Shown: piece after piece, positions 14,706 to 26,815 of the stretch
Position numbering within the stretch: the stretch's first letter is position 1
Layout: every line of letters starts with the position of its first letter
The notes under the pieces: model-generated
What the model saw: only the letters and a program-made list of their open reading frames with translations
The model's database searches: none
Told to the model about the DNA's origin: nothing
Program-made: the position numbers and the translations under genes
Assembly (NCBI GenBank): GCA_013265495.1
Contig: MU059990.1
Span: forward strand, 558,001 to 622,000
Direction of reading: 5' to 3'
Origin: Vicugna vicugna
Lineage: Eukaryota
Length of the DNA: 64,000 nt

Positions 14706-17700
14706 TCCTATCCTTCAGATTCTTTGGAATTTAAAACTCCCTCTGCAACCATACCTAATCTTTTCTCTGTATCAATATCCCCCACCCACTTCCACTTAGA
14801 TTGTGATGGACTGAAGGGCTTCAAGTATGATAGGAAACAAGAGCAGAATTTCCTGTTGAAATTTTCCTATTGGGTTAGAAACTACATGATCAATCAAAAA
14901 CATTCAGTGATTAAAAAAAAAAAAGTTCTTTAGGTCACGGACCCCGAGATACAAATTAAGGCTGTGGACCCTCTCCCTAGAAAGCTGCACATAAATCTTT
15001 GAGCAATACTTCAAAGCATTTACAAATATCACCTCTCCCTCCAATTTCATCAGTTGTCTGCCAGAGGTCTATAGACCACCACCCTCTCTCATATATTCAT
15101 TCTGTATAGATGGCCTAAATAAACAAACTAGGGTCAGATTTGATGAGGTCTCTAGTGGCCTGGGAATAGGAGCTATTAAACAGCAATAAATGGGCTATTT
15201 CCAAATTGGGTTACCTCACTATCCAAGAAAAGATTAGCGGGAATATGGTGGTACCAAGACACAAGGGAGGGTGTTTCTGATTCAATAAACATCATTATTA
15301 TTATTGGGTGTCCTTCCTTCCAAATTTCTAGTATCAGATGGAGAAATAGGAAAAAATAAATAAGAAGAAACAACACTCCAGTACACTTTTTTTTCTCCTT
15401 TTTTACTTACATTAAATACATCGGTAAATCAGCAGTCGCATTCTGTTACCACAATTGTTATGTTGGGAGAGGGAGAAAGGGGGGAAAAGGCAAATGCTTT
15501 CTCAGAAAAAAAAAAAAAAAAGCCTCCCCGCTTAAAAAAAAAGATCAGAAGAAAAAAAATGAAGAGCTGGGAAATAAAAACTAAGATTCCCCCAAGCCCA
15601 ATAGAGCTCAAAGGAAAGCAGAAGAGCTGGAAGTAGATGGAAGGCAGCAGATAGGCCCAGAAGCTAGGCCAATCCTGTTCCTAAGAGGGGGCGGGGAGGG
15701 AAGAAGAAGCCTGGAGAAATGGTTTCCCAGCCCCAAGGCAACGAAACATCTTTACTCCTGCTCCACAAGGAAAGCTGTGCAGACAAAGAACTTCATTTCT
15801 AAGAGGCTTAAGAGAGCCATCCTAGTTCTTCCACTTGTAGGGATGCACTGAGTGCTTTTGGTGCTAGTGGGCGCTAGAAAGGGGAAAATGTTTGTGTGTT
15901 TCAGGGCCACGGGAACTAAGGCTGCCCCTGGAAAAGGAAGGGAATTGAGGCCTAAGTGGAAGAACCTAAGCTGGGTCCTCCAGAAGCTCAGCTTCTTGGA
16001 TTTCTCAGCTGCTCTGGGACAGGAGGCAGTCTGGAAGCCGAAAGGGCAGAAAGGTTCCAATCCTGGGTCACTATGGCCTCTCCTTACTTCCCCCAATATT
16101 CCCAAAACTCTGGGCTAGAACAGAAGGAGTTGAAAGTTCCCTCTTGCCTTGATGGCTTCTTCCCAAAGCCATCCTAAAATTCCTGATGAGGGATGTCAAG
16201 AGGCTAGAGATTTAAAAGGACAACTATCCTCTGGGATGTGAGACACCATGAGGGACTTTCAGTGCCAGTCATTCCCTGTCCACAGGAACAGGTGTTAAGA
16301 TATGAGGGAGCCACATGTAGGCCTCTATGGTACTACCCCCTAGTGGTGTGTGGATTAAACCACTGGTTGTATGGGGGGTGGGGATATCATGGAGGAACCA
16401 AACTGAAGATACTAACAAAGAAGAAAAGAAATAGGGAGATGGGGGACAGAACAGACTGTACAGTGGGAATAAAGATCATATCTATTTACAGGGAAGTAGA
16501 AAAGACATGGTAATTGGTGGATCGAATTGAATGGGAACCCTGGGAAAGGACAGAAAATGCCTCCCTTTTGCCTGACTCCTCTTCACTCCCATACCATGGC
16601 CTACGCTGTCCTGAGACTCCTCTTCAGTTGCTCAGTGATTCCCCAGGAAAGGCAAACCTATACCCAAGAGCTAGGATGGTAAGAATACAGGTGAGGTAAG
16701 AATCAGAGTTGGAGGAAGGTAGCAGTGGAGACTGGGCTTGAGTAGCTGCCACCAGTACTGTTCTCTACAGCCCCTCCCCAAACCTCACATACACCTCAGA
16801 TTCCATTTAACTAAAAGGAGTTGAGGGCAGGTAAATCAATCAAAACCCCCATAAAACAAATATCACAACTGAACTACCATCAATTAAAGTGCAAACTGCA
16901 GGGGGATACAGTGGCTGGGGCTGAGGCCATCTGAAGGCCAGAGAGGGAAAAAAATGCATATGTAAAGGTCAGAGGATGGGTATCAGAAACTGGTCCCTCC
17001 TCCATTTAGATCACAGCAGAGCCAAAGATGCAGGCAACCAGTGAAGATTCTTTGGAGGACTCTAGGGTCCAGAATCTCCCCCGCTATGGGGGAGAAGCTA
17101 CCTAAGAGGCTGGGTGAGGGGAAAGGAGGCCTTGGAAGAATGCCAGAGCCACAGATGACACTATGTCTCCACCTCCTCCTCCCAGTTAGCTAACAACATG
17201 ACTCCAGCCTGGTGCCCGAGAACTTGCCTTCCCATTCTCGCCTCCACCTAGAAACACCCTCCATAAGACCAACTCACGGATACTGCAGTGTTTTCAAATA
17301 TGAGAAACTCCAACCAAATAAAAACAAAAAGGAAATGTTTCCTTACTCCCTCCTGCTCCGCACCTTACTTTCCCCCAGGGCCCTTAATGTGACTGAAGTA
17401 GAAAACTCCTTCAGTTCCTGGATTCACCACCTTTTCCATCCTGGGGAGAGGAGGAAAAAGGGATCAAGAACAGAGATTGACCAAAAGCAGAAGGGGAAGG
17501 GGCAGGAGACAAAAAATGTTTTCTGAAAAAATGGGGAGGAGGAGGAGGAAAGATAAGTAGGTCACTGTCTTGCACCTATAATACAAAGTGAAGAAAGTTT
17601 GTTTTGGAAGGTAAGTCCTGGGGGATCTGACCCCCAAGCCCCAGAGTAGGGGTAGGAGGCCAGTGGCAACAGCTGCCTGGTGTTGGTTGCTGAAGCGTTA

Positions 17701-17851
17701 AAAAGTGCCATGACGGAGCTGTCAGGAGGCAGCCCTTGGAGCCAGGGCTCAGTGTGCTGTTACCATAGGGGCTGTGTGCTGAGGGGTGGGGATGGAGGTT
17801 ATTTCTTAGCTCTCGTGCTAGCTCCGTGCTTGTTTGCTGCTAGCCACCCCC

Positions 17852-20669
17852 TCAGTTGCTACAACACTGGCTCTTGTTCTGCTGGGACTGCTCATGGAGA
17901 TCCACACCACGGCTTCGGCCTGCTGCACCCCCCAGATTCTGGGGTTCACTCTTTGGCAACTTCTTAGCTAGAGATAAAAACAGAAGGGAACAAAGCATGG
18001 TCGATTTTACTGATACTCCCAAAAAGACTACTGGGTGGGGGAGAAGTAGGGGAACGAGGGAAAGGGGATGTTCTGCAGGGGGGCAGGTTCACTGTAAACT
18101 ACACTGAAGATGAGGGGTCTTAAGCTGCAGTGGTAGGACAGAGGGTCACAATGGAAAGTTAAGATGCTGCTCTGACCTTACCTATTGCCAGGAAGAGATC
18201 ATTCACGTTCATAGCTGTCTTGGCTGAAGTCTCCATAAACAATAAGCTGTTGTCATCTGCATACGCCTGGGCCTCCTGAAAGGGGTGGGGTGGACTGGTG
18301 CTCAGAATGCAGGGCAGGAACAAGTACTGCCTTTCCACTCCCATGTAGCACCAGAGCTAGCCAATATCCTAGGTTCCCTCCCTTAACTGCCCCTCTGAGC
18401 CAGCCGGCCCTGAACCCATATTTTGGTGATGACTCCCTCAAGGATAACCCAGGGTCTAGCCCACTTAATCCCACAAACAGAGGTCAGGAATCTTAATTAT
18501 GGGGAAGAAGGTAAGCTGGTTGGGGGTTTTCAAGTTCTGACACTTGAATAGTCCCTTACCTCAAATTCAATTGCTCCCTCCTTCCTGTTTTCACATTGGT
18601 ACCCCCACAGCTGGTACTCCCACAGCTGGTACCGGTACTTCCCTACCCCTCTGCTCTGGAATTGTCTTCTGACTCCTCTAAAATCTCCTGGCTGGCATTA
18701 GGGTCACAGTTTTGCTGTATTTAACATGGTGCAGAACTGGGGAATGAGATGATGAATGTCCTCAGATGACGTTTTCAGAGAGGGCAGGTTTGGAAAAGAG
18801 AGGTCCTAAGCACAGAGGGAGAGTGTTAGAGAGGGACTCAACGGCCATCTTACTTCATACTCCACCATGCGCTTGTTGGCCAGGTCAGCTTTGTTCCCCG
18901 CCAGGGCAATAACGATGCTAGGACTGGCCTGTCGTTGTAGTTCCTTCACCCATGTCTTTGCTCGGGCGAAGGTCTCCTAGGAAAACACGAGGATGAGAAT
19001 GGATGGGCTGGAATGACTGCCGATCCAGGCTCATCACCTTCAAAAACCAGTCTTAAAACTCACCTCTTCTAAGCAGCCTTCACTCACTGAAACCACCTGT
19101 GTCTGACAATTCATTACCTATGTCTTCTCAGCACTTGGAAGCACAATTTGTATTCTTATTTTGCTATTTTAAGAACCAGTTTTCTTTCCCCCACCTAATT
19201 TAATTCCTATAAATAAAAGCAAGGACAATCTTCTCAGCCCACTTACCTGATTAGTAATGTCATAAACCACAATTGCAGCTTGGGCACCTCTGTAGTACAT
19301 GGGGGCCAAGCTATGGTACCGCTCCTGCCCAGCTGTGTCCCAGATCTCAAACTTGACTGTTGTGTCATCTAGACAAACAGACTGGGTGAGGAAGGCCGCT
19401 ATGAATGAGAGAATGGAGGAGAAGTTGTTGTTAAGTGGGAGGATGAATGAGAAGATCCCACCATCCCCTCCTCAAAGTATCTCCACTCTCAGTCCAAGAC
19501 CGGTCACCACCCAGGCTATTCACCTATAGGAAAGGCTTAGCATTCTCCTCCAGGTCCTGGAACCAGAATTAAGGCTGCTCTTGGCTAAGTCCTTCCTGTC
19601 AGAAGTCTCTCTAGCTAAGGAATGGGGGCACGTCATAAATCCTGAGGGACAGAAAGAAGAACTGGCACTTATACCAGAGTCATCCCTCTTCCAACCAAAA
19701 CAGAGGAGTAAGATGATGACAGAGATCATAAGTTTCAGATAAAAGTCACATCAAGAACTGATTAGAAGATTTTAAAGCCTGATGTGAGGTCCCACAATTA
19801 TCAATATTATTTGGCTGTTACTTTTTCATATCTTCTTCTGTTGGTCCAAGAACACATTTCCAAGGTGACTAATAAAAGTGGGGAAGAAAGACATGGGAAT
19901 TCTCAAAAGATCCTTTATTGAATTAGCACCCTATTTTGGGGTAGTGGCAGGGAGAAGGTAGCAAAGGTGGAAAAGGCAGATGTCCTTTATCTTTTGTATT
20001 TAGTTCCAGCCTCTATTTTACCAGATATGTGCATCAGGATCATTTAAAGAGCTTTTCCAAACATACATTTCTATACCATCACCAACCTCACCCTACCCCC
20101 AATACTAATCAGTAGATTGAGGGTAGGATCCAAGCATGCATGGGATGAAAATGGTCTCCAGGTGATTCTAATGTACATCTCTGATTATGAGTCACTGTCC
20201 CAAACCAACCTTGCTCAAGATGACACTCAACTGAACTTCACTGGTATAAAGACGAGAGTAGGAAGAGGAAAACAGACTGTGATAGATAATTAGTGGTTTT
20301 CTTGGTACACAAAAGCCAACCTTTCTAACCTTCTAGGAAGTAAGAGGATGAACATATACCTGCTTTCTGGCATTATGGCAATTTTTTTGTTTCACAAAGG
20401 ATTTCCATTTCAGGGAGCCAAGAGGGCCAGTTCCACAATCAGGTCCCTATATCTCCCTTCAAAGCCTTTCTAAGCATTGAACCTCTTCTCTCCCTGAGGT
20501 ACTCACCTCCAATGGTGCTCTCCTGGTACTCATGGAACTGCCCTTTGACAAAACGTAATACCAGGCTAGACTTTCCCACTGCAGATTCACCCAGCAGGAC
20601 CAATTTGAATTGGCATATTTTGCTGGCCTGGGGCTGCCCGTTGGGCCTGGCTGTGCTTCTGCTAGTCAT
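17852..20669 (-). CDS. RAB5B: Ras-related protein Rab-5B, 215 aa; coding exons 20507-20669, 19247-19398, 18854-18976, 18182-18275, 17852-17967
   Basis: 163+152+123+94+116 = 648 nt in frame. [35 protein letters not shown] (P-loop), [20 protein letters not shown]-terminal prenylation motif CCSN*. Confidence 0.98.
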
Positions 20670-20719
20670 GGCTAGATTATCAGAGTGGGAAAGGGTGAAG
20701 GGAGGGGGATGCCACAAAG

Positions 20720-20751
20720 NNNNNNNNNNNNNNNNNNNNNNNNNNNNNNNN
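20720..20751. other. Assembly gap (32 N) inside the RAB5B exon 2 5'UTR (exon 20507-20816)
   Basis: N run flanked on both sides by the same 15-mer ggggatgccacaaag. Confidence 1.
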
Positions 20752-21327
20752 GGGGATGCCACAAAGAGGTGAAGGGGGGAGGGGGGAGGGGAGGGGACTT
20801 CCAGGCTTCAACAGTCCTGCAAGAGAAAAAGTGGGCAAAATTAAACACAGGGCCATTATAGCTGCAATCATTTTTTAAAGAAAGGATAGAATCTCTTCAT
20901 TTCTTTGCTCCCATAAGGACTTAACTCTTATAATCACCCATCATTAAAAGGTTATACCTAGACAGCAGACACTCAGTGGTAAGAGTGGGAAACAGTAAAA
21001 TAAGAACTGCATCTAAAATAGAGTTTGCTGAAATGGAGACTAAAAATCGTGTGAGAGAAGTTTTTAACCTCCCATTCATTCCTGACCGGGTCTTCAAAGA
21101 AAGGCAAAGTGATCAACTTTTTAGTTAGCCTGAAAAACACCCATATCTACCCAGAAGGACACTAGATCCCTGCTAACTCCTTGGTGTCCTGATACTGATC
21201 TTTTTTCACTCTCCTCTTTTTTCTAGCTTTCAAAATGAGAGCTTTACTCTAGGGGTGTCAGACAAGTCACCCCTCCTGAGTGGAGGGTAGCTTTCATTCA
21301 TACATGACCATTCTTCTCGACATTTCT

Positions 21328-21525
21328 GAAAATCTAACCAAAGTCTAATTACCAAAAAATGTGTCCTTTCTCACTTCTGGTCAAAAGTAAGTACAGAAAC
21401 ACAACCAAGAGCCCACGTTCAGTATGAAAATCTAATCAAGGTCCAATTACCAAAAAAAATCTATCTTTTCTCATTTCTGGTCAAAGGTTAGTATAGAAAC
21501 ACAACCAAGAGAACACATTCAGTAT
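21328..21525. repeat. Two-copy tandem duplication, about 98-100 bp unit
   Basis: 21328-21425 and 21426-21525 both run gaaaatctaa...ttctggtcaaa...agaaacacaaccaagag...ttcagtat, with scattered substitutions. Confidence 0.9.
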
Positions 21526-22189
21526 TAATTCTTCACTTTGCTTCTGCCACCTCTCCGAACCTGAAACTCTGAGTAAGTTTGACTTGCTCTCAACCTGCAG
21601 CTGTCCTCCCGGTGCCTAGGGATTAGACTACCCTCCACACTAAAAGGGCCCAACAGCTGTAGCCCTCCAAATTACAGGCAGAGAAAGAAGGTACCTTCTC
21701 AATACATGCAAAAGTCTCTAGAGGATGGTATAGGGGCTAAGTCTTCAAGCTATAAATATTTGATGAAAGAATAGAACTAATCACCTTCTCTACCTTCCAA
21801 GTGGCTAGGACAGGTGGTGGTGGAGGAGGAGACAGAGAAAAGTTGGGTGTCTGAGTGTCCCATCATCCAAACCTGAACACATATCATCTTGACTCTGAGG
21901 GGAAATGAACTATGAGATTCAAAGAAATGTCAGCATGATCAGAGCATGAAAAACCTCTCTAAAACCTAAGCGTTGCTTGGGTTGTACTTTGCTTGTTCAA
22001 GTGACTCTTTCCCTGCTCTAGGGTTAATTCTATTGACTCTACAAACATACTCTGACATATAGGGGGAAACATTTTTGTCACTATAGCAAGTTGCTTTGGA
22101 GTCAAATCAGGGTTAAAAATCTCTGCAATCCTAGGTGAAGACAAGACAGAAAATAAAAGATAGAAAAACCATACAGGAGGCAATGCAGA

Positions 22190-22420
22190 GGAACACAGGT
22201 TGTGGAGTCCAATTCACTGGATTTATTTTATAGTTCTGCTTACTAGCTGTGAAACTTGGGACAAGTTACTAAATCTATCTGTGTATTTACTCCCACATCT
22301 GTAAAATGGGTTAATAGCCTTATGAGCATCTACTTCATAAGGTTGGTGTGAGGATTAAGTGAGATAATATATACAAAGAACCTAAATATTTGACAAAAAG
22401 TGCTCAATGATTATTAAGCT
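22190..22420 (+). mobile_element. MIR SINE
   Basis: ttactagctgtgaaacttgggacaagttact...catctgtaaaatggg...gtgaggattaagtgagataat matches the MIR core. A second MIR piece follows at about 22460-22570. Confidence 0.85.
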
Positions 22421-23489
22421 ACTAATCATTATGAATATAATAACATCAAGAAAATTTCTCTGCCTGAGCCTTACCTTCTGCATTTATAAAATGGAAAAAA
22501 AACCTACCTCATAAAGTAGCCATGAGGATTAAGTGAAAGATATATTTAGCATAGTGCTAATAAATAGTAAGGTAGGTATGTCATTTAGAGGCCCTGATTC
22601 ACAGAAAAGATCAATTTAATATATTAAATATCTCAATATTAGTCGTGATCAATATATTTCTAAAAGCAGCCATGATATGAGATAGAGCGAAAAAAAAAAA
22701 ACAAGAAAAAAAAGTGTAAAGAGGAAGTTAATAGAGGAATGAGACAGAAGTGAGAACTCAGAAAAGTCCCAAAGTAGACTAATTAAGACAGAGGAATGTA
22801 AGAAATTACTCTGATCCTACTGGGTATTTTGTAGTCTCCTAGGTCAGTGAGTTCTAAGAATCTAGATATACATGTGCCACTTTGTGAAGTTTTCACTAGT
22901 CTATGATAAAATGATTAAAAGAAAAATGACATAGCAAGTTTTTCATAAAGCTAAATTCATTCAATTAAAAAATATCCTTTCTAAGATTTCTAACTTCTTA
23001 CTTTCTCAGCATCAATTTTCTTTCAGAGGTAAATATATATTTATTGCATGGATAAACCTCTAAGACCTATTGTTAACGTTTAAAATAAATTGGAGAACAA
23101 AACACATGGTTGATCCTATTTCTATAAAACAAAACAAAATCCTACAGAGAAAAAAGTATGGAAAGATATAGACTCATCTGTTAACAGTGGTTACCTTCCT
23201 CTGAGGAGAGTGGTATGTGAAGGATTCAGATTTTTTTCATTCTACATAATCCTTTTCTAACAGGAAATATATATTTTTAGTTTCCTATATAGTTTTTTTT
23301 TAGTGCTTTTACAAAATAGTGTTGATAGGCTTTCTAAATAACCTTATGTGGAAAAATAAAAACGCCAAAATTTAAATAATTGGTCTATTAAATCCAAAAT
23401 CCTGGGAACTAGTATTGCAAGAGTCAGTATTAACTCACTTCTTAACCACTAGTCTCAGTTCTTTAGCTCTTTCATTCTCAAACCTTTAA

Positions 23490-23745
23490 AGCACTGTTTC
23501 TCCAATTGTGGCTGTAAGCCAACAGTGACCCTGAAATCACTTGGTGGATCATGATCAGTATTATTAAAAAAAAAAAAAAAGAAAGAAAGAAAAAAAGTCA
23601 AATGTATTGTAAATAATAAGCATAAGAATCATTTTGCGAAAATGTTTCACTTGTGGGTAGATGTACACACAATGAATTATGAAGTAAAGAAAAAATTTTT
23701 TTAAAATGCCACGACCAAAAAAAGTTTAGAAAACAGTGCTTTGGA
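23490..23745. mobile_element. Probable hAT-type (Charlie/MER) DNA transposon relic
   Basis: Ends cactgtttctccaa... and ...aaagtttagaaaacagtg resemble degenerate hAT terminal inverted repeats. Family not determined. Confidence 0.5.
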
Positions 23746-23812
23746 TTAGGAATTTGGTATTAACAGATACACACTATTATCTATAAGACAGATAAACAAC
23801 AAGGACATACAG
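23746..23812 (+). mobile_element. 67-bp L1 3'UTR-like fragment between 15-bp direct repeats
   Basis: ggaatttggtattaacagatacacactattatctataagacagataaacaacaaggac resembles cetartiodactyl L1 3'UTR as I recall it. Flanked by AAACAGTGCTTTGGA at 23731-23745 and 23813-23827. Confidence 0.7.
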
Positions 23813-25146
23813 AAACAGTGCTTTGGAGATGCCTGACACTGCAAGATGGGTTAACAGGAAGGCCAGTCTCTGGCCAGCCTATAGGCTATAGTTACTACTA
23901 AAGCACTTCTAGATGAAATTAAGATGAGGGCTGAATATAGCTCTCCAGGGGTCAGAGGTTCTCCAACTCTGCCACTAAAGTTAGGGAGCAATTATGAAAA
24001 TGGGAAGTCAAAGCCAACAGAGGCAGTCTCACACAATGGTAAGGGCTTTGCAATCAGGCAAGCCTGAGTTTTATTCTCTGCTTTGCAATGAACCCATTGG
24101 GATCTCAGACCATTCACTCCCTTTGCCTTTCTGAGCCTTAGTTTCCTTATCTGTGAGGATGTGGGGGTGGGGTGGGGAGGATAATAGGTGAAAGCAGCAA
24201 AAGGCAGAATTTGAATTCAATTCCAAAGTTCTGGGTACATTTAAGATATCTGTTTCTCTTAGGGCTTGGCTTCTCAGAATCTGTGAGGATGAATTATTTT
24301 TTTAAAACATTTATGTAGTACTTCATATACATTATTTCATAGGAAAAGAAGATAGGCCATCATAACTCTACACTCTGAAACAGATAACATAACAGGAAAA
24401 AAACCCTACAAATAAGTTGATAAAGTTTCCTTTAGGTGCCATACATATTCTCTACTCTTAAGAAACAACAGGGAAAGTTACTAGATTCTTCGACTTACTC
24501 CCTCACATTTTTATCTACCAAAGCACGTGATTCAAGGGGCAGAACACTAAGCCTTAATGTTACTGCTCTAGAATATATGAGTGTTAGAATGGACTGAATT
24601 CTCATGGGCAGACACATCATGCTAGGCCTGGGAAAACAGTAGGAAATTGGAGAAGTGTGAAGACAGGAAACAGTCAGACACTCGGGTTGCAAAGCCCTTG
24701 GTCATTAACCCTCACAGATTTTAAGTCAAGCCAGAGCCCATCGGCAATCAGCAAACTTTCTTGAATTGTCAGATTAGTAACTACTGGATTAGAGGAGACT
24801 ACCTCTACCCCAAAGTTTTAACTCAAGGATATGTCCTATCTTCTCTGTTCACAGTAATTGATGGGTTGCCATTTCTGTGCCTTATCTTTAATCCCAACAT
24901 GTTTCTAGGGGTATTATGTTTCTTAGGCAATAGCTGGACTCTCAAAAGTTCAGGGGTACAGAAATGGAATAATACATGTAAGACTCAACTGATTTCTACT
25001 CTGGTGGTGATTTTTTTTTTGCTAAGAGCTGACAGTGGGCAAACGACCCATCCAAAGGCAAAAATAAACCACAGCCAACCAGTCATGTAATGTGATGATT
25101 ATTACCTTCAAACTGGAGGCAAAAAAAGGAGAAGGAGGTTTCTCTT

Positions 25147-25284
25147 CATTTTTTGGGGTGGGGTGCTAATTACGTTTATTTACTTTTTAATTAAATTTTT
25201 TTTAAATGGAGGTACTGGGGATTGAACTCAGGACCTCATTCATGCTAAGCATGTGCTATACCACTGAGTTTTACCCTCCTCCCC
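25147..25284 (-). mobile_element. tRNA-derived SINE (camelid Vic-1-like)
   Basis: Reverse complement: ggggaggagggtaaaactcagtggtatagcacatgcttagcatgaatgaggtcctgagttcaatccccagtacctcc plus an A-rich tail. Near-perfect TSD aaggaggtttctctt (25132-25146) / aaggaagtttttctt (25285-25299). Confidence 0.85.
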
Positions 25285-26439
25285 AAGGAAGTTTTTCTTT
25301 CTTCAACCCTTTCAGTTCAGAAGAGAAGAAATCAGACTTAACTTTCCACAAGAATGGCTTATCAAATGACCATTAACTAGGGAGGATCAAGGCTCGACCA
25401 TGGCATCAGCCCACTGGGAAAGGGGGATATGGAAGATGAGGGGTAAGCTCTTTAGTGTGGGCAGCTCTCCCAGCAGCACAGGAAAATATGAATAGGATAA
25501 GTTCCTCAGCCTGCCAATCCCAGGTAGGGCAAAACTCCATTCCTCAGGTCCCTTTCTACTTGGTAGCTTTGGGTCACTATGCCAACTAAGTATGAAGCCT
25601 CTAGAAGTCTGTCATCTATCAATAGAGACTGAGTTCCAGGTACAGAGCCACTAGAGTCTAGCCCACTCCCAAATGTCAGCCCTGTAAGTTCAGTTTGCCA
25701 GATAAGAGGCAGTCTAGAGGTCATCTGGTCCAGTCTCTGTATTTTATGGTGAGGAAACTGGGGCAAATCAATCAACCTACCAGGTGTTACCATACAGCGA
25801 GCTGCCCCACAACCGCTTAGCAAATCTCCTAGCTAGCCAGTACTCCTAGTCAGGAACTCTGGCTCCTGTTGTACCACCACACCTCGTAAGGAAGCAGGAG
25901 GTGCTAAACTCTGAACTGAAATCCAAAGGCACCAGGAGAGGAACAAGAGCTTAGACTGGATAAAGTTTCTGCCTCTATTCAGTTTAGATAAGCACTTCCT
26001 TTGGGAACTAAAAACAAGTTAGGAAGGCCCAGGCTTTCCCTGGGAACTGGGATCCAGCCCTTTATTTTTCTGACAGAAGGACTCACTCTACTATGCATCT
26101 CTAGAAGGTCTTGACCAACCCCTGCCAGGACAGTTGAAATAGAAGCAATTCAATGGAAGGCGTCAGGAAAGCAGTGGTAATTTCCGCACAATTCAGTGTG
26201 CCTTGTGATTAATGTGAGATTTACTGAGTAGGGAAGATAGAGCAGAAGCCAGTAAGTACCTTAAACTCTCCAACTTTGTTTAGACCCCAAATTACCAAAA
26301 TCTTAAACTGAGTTCCACTACTTGGCTCAGCTTTCATTGTGTTCATCCAATGTTAACCAGGGAGTCACTGGCTTAAATGAGAGTCCTTCCACTTCACCCA
26401 CTTACATTTCTTCCTTGTAGTTACCCAAGAGGCAAAAAG

Positions 26440-26815
26440 CATACCTATCTCTTATTAGCATGGTACTACAAACTCCCTGTTATTGACCTAGGAAAGACTG
26501 GAATGCCCTTCCCCACTCTGACTGCCTAGCAAACTCCTAAGATACCTTCTAAAGCCACGCTCAAATGCCACATTCTCTGTGAAATTCCATGACTACTCTC
26601 TCACTCCAGCAGGATTCATCACTGCTTCTTCTGGGATCCTAGAGTATTAAGACTATTTCGGCTGCAGCATTCATTACATTATATGAGCTAATTGTGTTTG
26701 TCTTCTCTGCTAAACTATGATATTCTCACTAAGTGTGACTATTTTTTAAGTCATCTTGAATCTCCAGAGCAGAGCACAATACCTGGTCCCTAGTAGGTGT
26801 TCATTAAATGCTCCC
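26440..26815 (+). mobile_element. L2 LINE 3' fragment
   Basis: Ends ...atctccagagcagagcacaatacctggtccctagtaggtgttcattaaatg, typical of the L2 3' terminus. Boundaries approximate. Confidence 0.75.

Noticed and set aside
14000-17851. RAB5B 3' end and poly(A) site
   Set aside because: A long 3'UTR is evident, but I could not pick a convincing minus-strand signal, so no site is called.
25208-25284. tRNA-like sequence (also 42945-43022)
   Set aside because: It has an A-rich tail and TSDs and a degenerate cloverleaf, so it is a SINE rather than a tRNA gene.
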